A program made the position numbers and the translations under genes. Source: a virus. From it: a stretch of DNA of 64,000 nucleotides. The notes beneath the pieces are model-generated. The model saw nothing but the letters and a program-made list of their open reading frames with translations. It was not told the DNA's origin and ran no database searches. The stretch spans positions 1 to 64,000 of IMG/VR virus record IMGVR_UViG_3300024327_000003; one strand, 5' to 3'. Of this stretch, positions 7,699 to 17,864 are shown piece by piece. Position 1 is the first letter of the stretch, and each line of letters begins with the position of its first letter.

Positions 7699-9283
7699 AA
7701 AGACAGTAGATGAGTATCTAAATGCTATCGATTATAATGACGATCCTAATTACGTGCCTAGCCAATTTGCCCTTGAATTTATATCATTTGTTAAACTAGT
7801 TAATGGCGAGAAAGGGGAGGAACATAAGACCCCGGTCATCCATTATAAGATGGTCGACAAGATCGCCGGCAAACACCAGAATACAGCTAATATGTGTTTT
7901 CGCGGATCCGCTAAAACAAGTATATTTGCTGAATATTTGTTTCTCTATCTGGCTGTGTATGGTGAAATTCCAGGGTTTGGTACGGTACCGTACGCCCTGT
8001 ACGTATCTGATAGTATTGACAATGGCGTTAAAAAGATGCGATTACGTATCGAGCGTCGATGCCAACGCAGTGTGTTCCTAAAAAAATATCTTATTGAAGC
8101 CAAATTTACTGATATCAGATGGTATTTTAAGAACGCTGACGGTAATGAATTTGTCGTTACTGGCCATGGCGCCAAGACCGGTGTCCGGGGAACAGTTGAA
8201 TTAAATACTCGGCCGAACCTGGCAATACTCGATGATTTAATTGACGATGATGACGCCCGGTCCGAGACGGTTATTAGCAATGTCGAGGATACAGTCTATT
8301 CAGCTATTGATTACGCCCTGCATCCCAATAAACGCAAAATAATCTGGTCCGGAACACCATTTAATGCTAAAGATCCTCTATATAAGGCAATAGAATCGGG
8401 GGTTTGGTATGTAAACGTTTATCCAGTTTGTGAAGCTTACCCGTGCGCTGAAAAAGATTTTAGAAGTGCCTGGCCAGATCGATTTACTTTCGAATATGTT
8501 AAGGGCCAATATGATAAAGCTTTCGGCGTAGGTAAATTAGACTCCTTCCAACAAGAGCTCATGCTTCGTATCATGTCGCCGGAAGACCGCCTGGTGAAAG
8601 ATTCAGACATGGTCTGGTATAAGCGCATTCATGTGCTTAAGAACAAAGGCGCTTTCAACTTCTACATAACCACAGATTTCGCTACCAGCGATAAGCAATC
8701 ATCTGATTGGAGCGTAATTAACGTATGGGCCTTAAATAATAACGGCGACTTCTTGTGGACTGATGGATTCTGTAAAAAATGCCTCATGAAAGAAACGATA
8801 GATGAATTATTTCGTTTAGTTCAAGATTATAAGCCGCAAGAAGTAGGAATTGAGATCGACGGACAACAGGGTGGATTCATCTCCTGGATCCAGAATGAAA
8901 TGGGATATCGAAATAATTATTTTACGTTATCTACTGGTAAAAATAGCAACCAATTGGGAATTAAGAGCAATAAAGACAAAATGAGTAAATTCCAATTAAA
9001 TGCTATTCCGCTCTTCCAAAGTAAGAAAATATGGTTTCCTGAGGAATTAAGAAAAAGCGAAGAATTAGCAGAGTTGCTTTTGGAGCTATCTTTAGCTACT
9101 CTTAAGGGGTTCAAGAGTAAGAACGATGATCAGCTTGATTCGATTAGTCAATTAGGAGAGCTGAATACTTGGAGACCGAGTGAAGTAGGTCCCCATGATG
9201 AACCTGAAGAGGAGCCTCAAGAAGACGGTATGTGGGGTAATAATGATCTTAAAAAAGTAGGCGATAGTTCCTACTTCGTTTAG
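7685..9283 (+). CDS. terL: terminase large subunit (N4 gp68-like)
   Basis: FRGSAKTS Walker A, AILDDL Walker B, SGTP, YITTDFA nuclease, KNDDQLDS. Confidence 0.95.
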   Translation: MELIKKTVDEYLNAIDYNDDPNYVPSQFALEFISFVKLVNGEKGEEHKTPVIHYKMVDKIAGKHQNTANMCFRGSAKTSIFAEYLFLYLAVYGEIPGFGTVPYALYVSDSIDNGVKKMRLRIERRCQRSVFLKKYLIEAKFTDIRWYFKNADGNEFVVTGHGAKTGVRGTVELNTRPNLAILDDLIDDDDARSETVISNVEDTVYSAIDYALHPNKRKIIWSGTPFNAKDPLYKAIESGVWYVNVYPVCEAYPCAEKDFRSAWPDRFTFEYVKGQYDKAFGVGKLDSFQQELMLRIMSPEDRLVKDSDMVWYKRIHVLKNKGAFNFYITTDFATSDKQSSDWSVINVWALNNNGDFLWTDGFCKKCLMKETIDELFRLVQDYKPQEVGIEIDGQQGGFISWIQNEMGYRNNYFTLSTGKNSNQLGIKSNKDKMSKFQLNAIPLFQSKKIWFPEELRKSEELAELLLELSLATLKGFKSKNDDQLDSISQLGELNTWRPSEVGPHDEPEEEPQEDGMWGNNDLKKVGDSSYFV

Positions 9284-9296
9284 CTAAGGGAGCAAT

Positions 9297-9974
9297 ATGA
9301 AAGTTTCGGAACTTATTAGTGATTTAGTAGCAGGACCGTGCAGTAAACTTGCTTTTGCCAGCGTAGGAGATATGGTTACCAACCCCGGGAGCCCTACTGC
9401 AGCGCAGACTTTAAATAGAAATAAGTTTATTAGATATATAAATTTAGCTAATTTAGCTATACATAAACGATTTCATTTACTCAAAAAAACATTTGAATTA
9501 GATGCACCGATCGATGAAGAAGAATTTACTTTACCTTCCAATTTTCTTGTTCCGATTCATGCATATTACGCTGATACACGCGAAGAATTAAATATCAGAG
9601 ACGATTCTACTAAACTGGTTGATGAAGTAGATACCACCGTAACGCTGCTCATGCCTGAGCCATTTAAAATAGTAATTAAAGGCGTTGATCAGACCGTGCC
9701 AGTTCATGATTTGATTATTATAAAATACGCAGCTGCTCCTGTTAAAGCTACGACAGTATTTAATACCATATCAGTTAATGAAGTATACAGAGAAGCTCTT
9801 CTCAACTACGCTTCGTATCAAGCCCACAGCTCAATTAGCGGAGATATTAAAGACGAAAATAACACTTACTATCTGAGATATGAAGCCAGCTGTAAGCAGA
9901 TTGTTCAATCCGGTATGTGGGGAAATAATGAAATAAGCATAAATCTTAAATTAGAAGAGAACGGTTTCGTATAA
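9297..9974 (+). CDS. head-tail adaptor (N4 gp67-like)
   Basis: position after TerL; IHKRF, ALLNYASY, YEASC, KLEENGFV C-terminus. Confidence 0.75.
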   Translation: MKVSELISDLVAGPCSKLAFASVGDMVTNPGSPTAAQTLNRNKFIRYINLANLAIHKRFHLLKKTFELDAPIDEEEFTLPSNFLVPIHAYYADTREELNIRDDSTKLVDEVDTTVTLLMPEPFKIVIKGVDQTVPVHDLIIIKYAAAPVKATTVFNTISVNEVYREALLNYASYQAHSSISGDIKDENNTYYLRYEASCKQIVQSGMWGNNEISINLKLEENGFV

Positions 9975-9978
9975 TCAA

Positions 9979-10006
9979 TTGACTTATTTTTAGATTACCG
10001 TATGCT
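9979..10006 (+). promoter_or_regulatory. sigma70-like promoter for tail cassette
   Basis: TTGACT-N16-TATGCT. Confidence 0.4.
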
Positions 10007-10079
10007 GTTCTTGCGGATAGTCTACCTACGCTGAAAATAACCTGGATATTCCAGTCAATAATGGTAGAGGAGTTAGATC

Positions 10080-10457
10080 ATGGCATATTACCCCACCATT
10101 AATTTAGTAGCCGGCGATGACAAACCTGAAATCACCGTAGTACTCAAAGACAAAAATACAGCTGCAGCAGGCTATACTCTCGATCCCGAAGACCCGGATA
10201 GCTGGGCTCTTATCGATATTTCCGATCCTACAATTACAGTATTGTTTCGTGCTTTAGGAACTACGACTACTTTAGATACTCTAGTCTGTACAAAAGTAGC
10301 TCCGTATACTAACGGGGAATTTTATGCAACTTGGGGGCTTACTACCCTAGATGTTGCTCCCGGTACTTATGAAGGCGAAATTGTATTAACTTATGTTAGT
10401 GGCCGCATTCAAACTGTCTTTGATTTACTTAAATTTAAAGTTCGAGGAGATTTTTAA
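10080..10457 (+). CDS. BppU-N-like virion/tail protein
   Basis: GDDKP...GTYEGEIVLTY...IQTV. Confidence 0.6.
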   Translation: MAYYPTINLVAGDDKPEITVVLKDKNTAAAGYTLDPEDPDSWALIDISDPTITVLFRALGTTTTLDTLVCTKVAPYTNGEFYATWGLTTLDVAPGTYEGEIVLTYVSGRIQTVFDLLKFKVRGDF

Positions 10458-10870
10458 TGTCTATAGGTACCTCGTTAGTTAGTAAATTAAGTGGGGTTGT
10501 AACATGGGAAGATGCCAAAGCTAATATTACATTAGATTGGGATAGCAAGAATTTTAATCTAGCAGATACTGTTACGCCTTCAGATGCGTTCTTAGCTACG
10601 CTTAATAAAACCATTGCTGATCCTGCAGATATTGTTAATACAAGTGATTCTATAATCGTATCTCCCGGTATTAATATTGCTGATACACAGAGCGTAACAG
10701 ACGCATTAGTACTGGCAATCAATATTGCAATTACTGAAACTGTTATTGCATCAGATGCTATAACTGAATACGTTAATGGAACGCTTAATGGCTCAGCACT
10801 TAATACAAGACGATTAGCAGATGGAGATACGCCTGTATCAGGTACTAATATATTAATTACAATTACATAA
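10457..10870 (+). CDS. virion structural protein
   Basis: T/D/A-rich repeats, LNGSALN motif. Confidence 0.6.
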   Translation: MSIGTSLVSKLSGVVTWEDAKANITLDWDSKNFNLADTVTPSDAFLATLNKTIADPADIVNTSDSIIVSPGINIADTQSVTDALVLAINIAITETVIASDAITEYVNGTLNGSALNTRRLADGDTPVSGTNILITIT

Positions 10871-10894
10871 TTTAAATAGGATACGGAGTTTATT

Positions 10895-11341
10895 ATGAAG
10901 ACGCGTAAATTTGACGAACTTAAAGTTACGGGACATTTAAAAATTTTCCTTAATGGAAAAAAAGTAAGAGATATAGACAATCTAGTAGTCACAGAAGGCA
11001 AAGAATGGATTGCATCCAGAATGCAAGGCGTTACCGATGCTGTTATGGGTTGGATGACTATCGGTACAGGTACTACTGCAGCTGTTGTTGGAGATAGTAC
11101 TTGTGAAACCCAAGTATTTCATCAAGCTCTTACTGTTTCTGGCGGCTCAGTAGCAGGAGCGGTTATTACATTTGCAACTACGTATGCAGCTGGTGATGGT
11201 ACCGGCGCAATAACTGAAGCGTGTATTACAAATAACACGACTGTAGATACTGGCGATATGCTAGCTCGAACGGTATTTGGTGTTGTTAATAAAGCTGCTG
11301 GTGATACCATGACAATTAGCTGGTCAGTAACTATTTCCTAG
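10895..11341 (+). CDS. tail/tail-fibre-associated protein
   Basis: NLVVTEG, IGTG, GAITEA, MLART..VVNK motifs. Confidence 0.7.
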   Translation: MKTRKFDELKVTGHLKIFLNGKKVRDIDNLVVTEGKEWIASRMQGVTDAVMGWMTIGTGTTAAVVGDSTCETQVFHQALTVSGGSVAGAVITFATTYAAGDGTGAITEACITNNTTVDTGDMLARTVFGVVNKAAGDTMTISWSVTIS

Positions 11342-11352
11342 GGAGAATTATT

Positions 11353-12516
11353 GTGTTAGTAAAATTTTCAAATAATGTTGCCACAGCCCTAACTAATAGT
11401 ATTACAGATTCAGCTACGTCATTTGATTTAGATGACGTATCTGCTTTGCCTACGATTATATCGGGAGAGCATTTTTATCTTTCTATACTTAGCGGGGGCA
11501 ATGGAGAAATTGTTAAAGTAACTGGTGTAGCTGGTAATACGATTACTTGTGTACGAGGGGTAGATGGTACGTCTGGGACTGCTGGCTTAGCTGCTGATGT
11601 AGTTGAGTTACGCATTACAACTGCAATGCTTACGGATGCATTCGATGCCATTAGTGATTTAGCTCCTGCGTTACATTTTCTTTTTGAAACAACTACTACG
11701 GATGCAGACCAGGGTGCCGGATTAGTATCTGGAAATAATGCTACTTTTGCTTCTTCAACAATTTTATATATTACAGATGAAGACGATAACGGTGTCGATG
11801 TTTCTGGACAAACTTCTACTTGGGGAGATTTTGCTGGAGTTGGAACAGCAGTTAGAGGAACTATTGTTATTAGATCAAAAGAAAATCCAACAACTCGATA
11901 TGTTGCATTTCATATCAATGGCGCTTTAACAGACGGAACTGGTTACTGGAAATTCCCGGTAGCAAATGTTTATACTGCAGGCGTTTTGGTTGACGCTGAG
12001 CCGGTTACTATTGAATTTATTCAAGCTCCGGCTCAATCTGCATCAGCTACTTTAGCTGGAATTGTTGAATTACTTACCAGTGCTGAAGCTATTACTGGAA
12101 CAGATACCACAAGAGCTATGACTGCTGCAGCATTTCGAGCAGCGCTAGTGGACGGTAATGATACTATTTTAGGTAAGTTTAATCTTAAAGACTTTGGAAT
12201 GATTACAGTTGCTAAAGGCAATCTGGGAGCAACTCCTGCTTTTGATTTATCAGCTGGCAATTGTCAAACTGGTACTGTAGATGAAGCTATTACATCATCA
12301 ACTTTTACTAATCCGACTGGCTCAGATGAGCTCTGCTCATTTATTCTTTTCTTAACTAATGGAGGCGCATTTTCTGTGGCATGGCCTACAAGTGTTGATT
12401 GGGCCGGAGCAAGCGCACCGAGTTTGGTGGCTTCCGGAGTAGATATTTTAGCTTTTCATACTTATGATGGTGGAACTATTTGGCATGGAATATTGTTATC
12501 TGGAGATTCTAGCTAA
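11353..12516 (+). CDS. tail fibre protein
   Basis: FSNN..EIVKVT..RGVDGT N-terminus, ASATLAGIVEL, WPTSVDWAG..GVDILAF C-terminal domain. Confidence 0.8.
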   Translation: MLVKFSNNVATALTNSITDSATSFDLDDVSALPTIISGEHFYLSILSGGNGEIVKVTGVAGNTITCVRGVDGTSGTAGLAADVVELRITTAMLTDAFDAISDLAPALHFLFETTTTDADQGAGLVSGNNATFASSTILYITDEDDNGVDVSGQTSTWGDFAGVGTAVRGTIVIRSKENPTTRYVAFHINGALTDGTGYWKFPVANVYTAGVLVDAEPVTIEFIQAPAQSASATLAGIVELLTSAEAITGTDTTRAMTAAAFRAALVDGNDTILGKFNLKDFGMITVAKGNLGATPAFDLSAGNCQTGTVDEAITSSTFTNPTGSDELCSFILFLTNGGAFSVAWPTSVDWAGASAPSLVASGVDILAFHTYDGGTIWHGILLSGDSS

Positions 12517-13643
12517 TGTTTATATTTGGTGGTCCTAATTTTCTAATACCACAACCTACTTCAGGCAAATTGTTTGGATGGGGTAAGAATGCTTTTGGGT
12601 GTGTAGGGGATGGTACAACAACAAACCGTTATTCGCCTGTGCAAATCGGCTCCAACACAAATTGGAGTGGAGCTAAAGGCGGCTATGCCTTTACGTGTGC
12701 GATCAACACAGCGGGAAAAGCCTATGCGTGGGGTGAAGGTGCGGATGGTAGATTAGGAACAGGATCAACCACTGACACTTGTTCACCAAATCAAATTGGT
12801 GCGTTGACCGATTGGGTTCCGAAAGGCCCGTTTGCTATTGGTGGCACAAGGTATGGGATGCACTTTATCAAAGCCAATGGAACATTGTGGGCGTGGGGAA
12901 AAAATAGTTATGGGCAGATAGGTGATGGAACAACAACTGCAAGAAGTTCACCAGTACAGATAGGAGCCTTGACCACTTGGAGATATGTTTCTGCGGGAGC
13001 CAGTGAACACGTTATTGCAATTACCACTAGCGGGACTATGTTTTCGTGGGGAAGCGGCAGTAGTGGAAGAACAGGACATAGCAATACCACATCTTATTGC
13101 TCACCTGTCCAGATAGGAGCCTTAACCACTTGGGCTAGGGTTAGATGTGGTGGTTCTTCTGGCAACTGGGCTGTAAGAACTGATGGGAAAATGTTTACTT
13201 GGGGCACAGGAACAGGGGGACAGTTAGGACTTGGCAACACTACTGCTTACTCATCTCCAAAACAAGTGGGGGCCTTAACTACTTGGGCTTCGTCAATAAG
13301 CGGTACGCATCATGGCGGTTGTATAAAAAGTGACAACACCCTTTGGTCATGGGGAAGTGGTGGTAGTGGTCGAACGGGTCATAACAACACCACGGATTAT
13401 TCATCTCCGGTACAAGTAACAGCTCCGGCTGTGACATGGCTTTATGCAGATGCAGGACAGTACTCTACTATGGGACAAGATGTAGATGGCTATCTTTATA
13501 TGTGGGGTGATGGCGCACAAGGACAGCAGGGCGATGGTATCGGTTCTTCTGTGTCTTGTCCCAAACAGTTAGGAACAGAGAAGTGGCTTTCTATGCAATA
13601 TATTTCAATGGCAAATAAACATAAACATCAAATACGAACATGA
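12516..13643 (+). CDS. RCC1-repeat beta-propeller (putative receptor-binding protein)
   Basis: about 7 repeats of WG.N/G..G.LG.G.TT..SSPVQIGALTTW. Confidence 0.88.
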   Translation: MFIFGGPNFLIPQPTSGKLFGWGKNAFGCVGDGTTTNRYSPVQIGSNTNWSGAKGGYAFTCAINTAGKAYAWGEGADGRLGTGSTTDTCSPNQIGALTDWVPKGPFAIGGTRYGMHFIKANGTLWAWGKNSYGQIGDGTTTARSSPVQIGALTTWRYVSAGASEHVIAITTSGTMFSWGSGSSGRTGHSNTTSYCSPVQIGALTTWARVRCGGSSGNWAVRTDGKMFTWGTGTGGQLGLGNTTAYSSPKQVGALTTWASSISGTHHGGCIKSDNTLWSWGSGGSGRTGHNNTTDYSSPVQVTAPAVTWLYADAGQYSTMGQDVDGYLYMWGDGAQGQQGDGIGSSVSCPKQLGTEKWLSMQYISMANKHKHQIRT

Positions 13644-15412
13644 TATATTTTCTCTCATCACTACCAAGATCAGGAAGCACTTTGCTGGCATCATTGCTAG
13701 GGCAGAGAGAGGATACGCACGTTTCAAAAACGTCTAACCTGTCTGAAACTCTAGGGGCTGTTTACAACACTATTCAGAATAGTGGGGCGACAAAAGCAGA
13801 AGGCGGCACAGATGAAGATACCTTCCGTGCGCTTGAGGGGATTGTTAAAGCCAAGTATGCCACCACAGAAAAAGAATTTATCTTCGACAAAGATAGGATG
13901 TGGCCTAACCCTAACATTATGCCAATAATGAGAGAAGTGCAGGGCGGGGGCGCACCTAAAATTGTCGCAACCGTAAGACCTATTGTTGAGTGTATCGCAT
14001 CTTTTTATTTGATTGACAAGTCGGAGCTTTCCCCTAAAGAGTGGGTTAGAACTTCTCATCTATTTAAACATTTAATGGAGTCATATAAAACTCTACAGGA
14101 AGGCTATCAGCTTGCCCCTAAAAACTTTTGTATTGTAGAATATGACAATCTTGTAAATGACCCACAGAAAGAATTAGATCGTATTGCAGATTTCATTGGG
14201 ATGCCTCATATTGACTACAAGCCTGAGATTGAGCAAGTAGAAGAAAATGATGAGGTGTGGGGGATAGAGAATCTACACACTCTGTCACCAGAGATTCATA
14301 AAAATCATATAAATGCAAGGGCTGTTCTAGGGCAAGAGCTTTACGATCATTATTCTGGTGGTGAGTTTTGGAATGACAAGCCAGAGCCAGTTAAACCTCC
14401 GCAGGTTCTTGACTTGACCCTAGAGGCTGGCCTTCATGGGCATTTTGAAAAAGCTGAAAGCATGTTACGGCAAGAGATCAAGGTAAACCCCGGCAACGAA
14501 AGAGCGCAATTCAATCTTGGGCTATACGACATGATGAATGGCAACCAAGTCAGAGGCTATAGGCAGTTTGAGTATGGCAGGACTATGAATGTCTATGGCA
14601 ACAACAACACAGCCAAGACTGCTATGCCTAGATGGGACGGTAAGCAACCGGGAACAATCTTGATGGATATGGAAGGCGGTTATGGCGATCAGTTTTTCTA
14701 TATTCGCTTTGCTAAAGACATTGTTGACCGAGGGAATAAATTAATTGTTTCTGGATGTGAGTGGCTTTCTAATATTATGCGAAGCGTGGAAGGCGTTGAC
14801 ACCTTTTGTATGCACCAAGGGTCAGAGTTTGTTTATCATAACTACTGGCTCCCCTCAATGTCTGCCCCTTTAGTGATGGACTTGGAGTATTCTGATATGA
14901 GGGGGGAGGCTTATATCCCTAGGGTTTGCCCAAGTGAAGGGAAGATCGGGGTCAAGTGGGCTGGCAACCCAAAGTTTGAACACGAACAACATAGGCTGTT
15001 CCCTAAAGAAATGATGTGGGATGTTGTAGAGGGGTTCGATGTTATATCATTCCAACGTAATGATGAGACAGGCGAAACAGAAGGCCCAGAGTGGATGGAG
15101 AAAGCCGACCTCTTTTCATGGGATATAACAATGAAAGAGCTGAGTAAGTGCGACCTGTTGCTTACTTCTTGTACTGGGCTAGCGCATCTTGCTGGGGCTA
15201 TGGGGATTGAGACTTGGATTGTCACTCCATTGCTCCCCTATCATACTTGGGCAGTACCGGGGAATAAAAGTCCGCATTATAACAGCGTTACTTTATTTCG
15301 ACAGGAACAGTATGGAAATTGGGATAAGCCATTTTGGAATTTGAAGAAAGCCTTTAGACAGAGAATGTGGAAAACAAAAGATATTGAAGATGAACTTTTA
15401 TTGCATATATAG
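13640..15412 (+). CDS. sulfotransferase / TPR / GT9-like glycosyltransferase fusion
   Basis: SLPRSGSTLL PAPS loop, YDNLVNDP; WDG, EGGYGDQ, WAGNP, LAHLAGAMG. Confidence 0.8.
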   Translation: MIYFLSSLPRSGSTLLASLLGQREDTHVSKTSNLSETLGAVYNTIQNSGATKAEGGTDEDTFRALEGIVKAKYATTEKEFIFDKDRMWPNPNIMPIMREVQGGGAPKIVATVRPIVECIASFYLIDKSELSPKEWVRTSHLFKHLMESYKTLQEGYQLAPKNFCIVEYDNLVNDPQKELDRIADFIGMPHIDYKPEIEQVEENDEVWGIENLHTLSPEIHKNHINARAVLGQELYDHYSGGEFWNDKPEPVKPPQVLDLTLEAGLHGHFEKAESMLRQEIKVNPGNERAQFNLGLYDMMNGNQVRGYRQFEYGRTMNVYGNNNTAKTAMPRWDGKQPGTILMDMEGGYGDQFFYIRFAKDIVDRGNKLIVSGCEWLSNIMRSVEGVDTFCMHQGSEFVYHNYWLPSMSAPLVMDLEYSDMRGEAYIPRVCPSEGKIGVKWAGNPKFEHEQHRLFPKEMMWDVVEGFDVISFQRNDETGETEGPEWMEKADLFSWDITMKELSKCDLLLTSCTGLAHLAGAMGIETWIVTPLLPYHTWAVPGNKSPHYNSVTLFRQEQYGNWDKPFWNLKKAFRQRMWKTKDIEDELLLHI

Positions 15413-15421
15413 GAGTAGGTT

Positions 15422-15904
15422 ATGGCACAGGGAAATCATGTTTTAGTTGAAGGCGGGGTTGTTGTTTGGGGACCTGGAGAACTTCCTCGAAGTTGGAAGA
15501 ATCATTCAGGCTTGAATATGAAAAGTGTTGCTGATCTTAAAACACTCGGTTGGTTACCATGGTCAGAAGTGCTTATCCCCTATGACAATAAAACGCATTA
15601 CCGGGATGACTACACTCACGATATTCAAGCAGATCAGGTTATTTACACTGATATTATCAGGGCATTTACAGCTGAGCAGTTAACGCAAAATAACTGGAAT
15701 GACTGGTCAACTGAAATGAGTGAAAGTGATCGATTACTAAATCCCACTTCAGAGGGGGTACAACTTCCTCGGCAAATTGAAGATGTCGTGAATATGCTGA
15801 TTAATAAGTTTCCAAATATTTTGGACGAAGCAGGAAACGAAAAGATGAAAGAACGTTATGATGCAAAAAGGGCGTTAAGAGGCATTAAGCCTCCGCAACC
15901 ATAA
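15422..15904 (+). CDS. tail-fibre accessory/assembly-like protein
   Basis: LPRSWKNHSGL..LGWLP; location in fibre cassette. Confidence 0.55.
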   Translation: MAQGNHVLVEGGVVVWGPGELPRSWKNHSGLNMKSVADLKTLGWLPWSEVLIPYDNKTHYRDDYTHDIQADQVIYTDIIRAFTAEQLTQNNWNDWSTEMSESDRLLNPTSEGVQLPRQIEDVVNMLINKFPNILDEAGNEKMKERYDAKRALRGIKPPQP

Positions 15905-15928
15905 TTAATTATTGATACGGAGTTTCTG

Positions 15929-16165
15929 ATGCCAGATAGACTTTCGCCAATAGAAATTGACGAGTTAGCTGAAGCTATAGTGAAGAAGAGCTCAGAAACT
16001 GAATTCTATGTGGATCCGAAACTTCATTATAATCAGCATGAACGTTTAGAGCGGTTACTGGATGCATATGATGCAGCTAGTAATGTAATATTCAAATTTT
16101 TTATAGGGGCATGTTTAGTAGGACTGGTAGGATTCGCTGCTATGGGCCTGGGGTGGCACAAGTAG
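15929..16165 (+). CDS. holin-like membrane protein
   Basis: C-terminal TM helix; in lysis region. Confidence 0.45.
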   Translation: MPDRLSPIEIDELAEAIVKKSSETEFYVDPKLHYNQHERLERLLDAYDAASNVIFKFFIGACLVGLVGFAAMGLGWHK

Positions 16166-16190
16166 GAACATTTATCCCAGGAGGCATACA

Positions 16191-16532
16191 GTGGATGATT
16201 TAGACAGCATACGAACTTTGGTAACGTTAGCTGGCGTATTCGCATCAATAGCAGGTGCTTGGTGGCTTATGCGTTACCAAATTAATGAAATAAGAAAATC
16301 TATTCAAGAATTACGAGTAGATAAAATTTCAATGTGGAAAAAAGTAGATATTGGCCATGAAAAAGTTTCATTACTGGTACAGCAACAAGGAGTTATATCA
16401 GGAATGTTAAGACCTGATGCAGTAGCAGAGCAAGTAAGTAAAATGACTACTATGGAAGTTGAATTAAAATATTTACGTAGAGACGTTGACGAAGTAAGAG
16501 TATTTACAATACTAAAAAAGGAACCTAAATAA
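16191..16532 (+). CDS. membrane-anchored coiled-coil protein (lysis-related?)
   Basis: N-terminal TM helix; GGAGG RBS. Confidence 0.5.
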   Translation: MDDLDSIRTLVTLAGVFASIAGAWWLMRYQINEIRKSIQELRVDKISMWKKVDIGHEKVSLLVQQQGVISGMLRPDAVAEQVSKMTTMEVELKYLRRDVDEVRVFTILKKEPK

Positions 16533-16705
16533 TGGCACAAGATACCAGTACCAGTACTAATATTAATATTAAAACCAGTACTCTTGTTACTGGTCTTGCT
16601 ATATTAATTATTGGTATTCTAGGTTGGTCATTAAAAGGCAATTACGATAGTATTCAGCGACAATTAACTAAACAATGGGAAAAGATTGACGCCATTGAAA
16701 AGTAA
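16532..16705 (+). CDS. small membrane protein (57 aa, not in ORF track)
   Basis: MAQDTSTSTN...LVTGLAILIIGILGW...DAIEK*. Confidence 0.55.
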   Translation: MAQDTSTSTNINIKTSTLVTGLAILIIGILGWSLKGNYDSIQRQLTKQWEKIDAIEK

Positions 16706-16745
16706 TTTGTGCTGATCATCCTGTCCAATGTAAAGAACTTAACTA

Positions 16746-17186
16746 ATGCATATACGTGTTGATCGACATTCCTCAAACGAAGAAGCTACTCTATCTAAAA
16801 TTTACTTAGATGGTGATTTCTTCTGTTATGGTCTTGAAGATCAGTATCAAGAAGTAAAAGTTCCTGGAGAAACTCGTATACCTGCAGGAACATATAATAT
16901 TATTTTACGTACCGATGGAGGTATGACTAAAAGATATGCCGAACGATATGCTTTTCATCAAGGAATGCTTCATGTTCGATATGTACCTGGATTTACTTAT
17001 GTATATATTCATACTGGAAATACTGATGATCACACAGACGGGTGTCTTCTTGTAGGAGAATTTCAAGACGAAGAGAAATTTACTATTAGCTCAAGTAGAT
17101 TTGCGTATACACGGTTATACCGGGCTGTAATAGACGCCGCAGCTGCCGATGAATTAACTATAACCTACGAGGATAATGATGAGTAG
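16746..17186 (+). CDS. DUF5675 family, putative endolysin
   Basis: GETRIPAGTY, IHTGNTDDHTDGCLLVG. Confidence 0.8.
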   Translation: MHIRVDRHSSNEEATLSKIYLDGDFFCYGLEDQYQEVKVPGETRIPAGTYNIILRTDGGMTKRYAERYAFHQGMLHVRYVPGFTYVYIHTGNTDDHTDGCLLVGEFQDEEKFTISSSRFAYTRLYRAVIDAAAADELTITYEDNDE

Positions 17187-17685
17187 AACTAATATATTAA
17201 GTCCTAATCAAATGCCAGTTATGCGTCCACTGCCTATGGCAGATGGAGCGCCTCATCGCGAATGGGAACTTATGCGTAATTGGACTTTATGTTGTACCCC
17301 GTTAAATATTATATTTTTTATTCCAAGTGGTTTTATTTTTAATGGCGCTAGCGTACCTCGAGTATTCAGTAATATATTCCCAGCTACTGGTTATTTATTT
17401 ATTGCTGCATTAATTCATGATTATTTATATGGTAATGCTTGCTATATACAGATAAAAAACGGTCTCAAGAAAAAACAAAAAGTAGATAAAAAAATCTCTG
17501 ATAATTATTTTGCAGATATAGCCCAGTGGCTTTATAAAGACCATTGGTTTAAGACAAAGCTTGCTAAAGGGGCTTTAGTAGTAGGTGGCCAAGGCGCCTG
17601 GGATGCTTGTCGAAAGATCGACGGCACTTATGTAAAGCCTAAGAAATATATATATTTTGGAGATAACGAGGAAGACAATCAATGA
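17176..17685 (+). CDS. DUF1353 family protein
   Basis: IPSGF..NGASVPR, AALIHDYLY. Confidence 0.8.
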   Translation: MMSRTNILSPNQMPVMRPLPMADGAPHREWELMRNWTLCCTPLNIIFFIPSGFIFNGASVPRVFSNIFPATGYLFIAALIHDYLYGNACYIQIKNGLKKKQKVDKKISDNYFADIAQWLYKDHWFKTKLAKGALVVGGQGAWDACRKIDGTYVKPKKYIYFGDNEEDNQ

Positions 17686-17861
17686 TACGGTACGTATTAA
17701 TTTTTTTAATAGCTCTCGTACTATCTGGGTGCGCAACTTTTACAGCTGTTGTGTCTGGAGGAATGGCAGCAAAAGAAGCGTGGGATTACTTTACAGAAGA
17801 CGATCAAACAATAATTAAAGTTGAAAAACTTGAAATAATAATGCCAAAAGAAAAGGAATAA
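17682..17861 (+). CDS. small lipoprotein, possible spanin component (59 aa, not in ORF track)
   Basis: MIRYVLIFLIALVLSGC lipobox. Confidence 0.6.
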   Translation: MIRYVLIFLIALVLSGCATFTAVVSGGMAAKEAWDYFTEDDQTIIKVEKLEIIMPKEKE

Positions 17862-17864
17862 GTT

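Noticed and set aside
12516-13643. DGR template/variable repeats
   Set aside because: Repeats follow RCC1 blade periodicity and no reverse transcriptase is in the window
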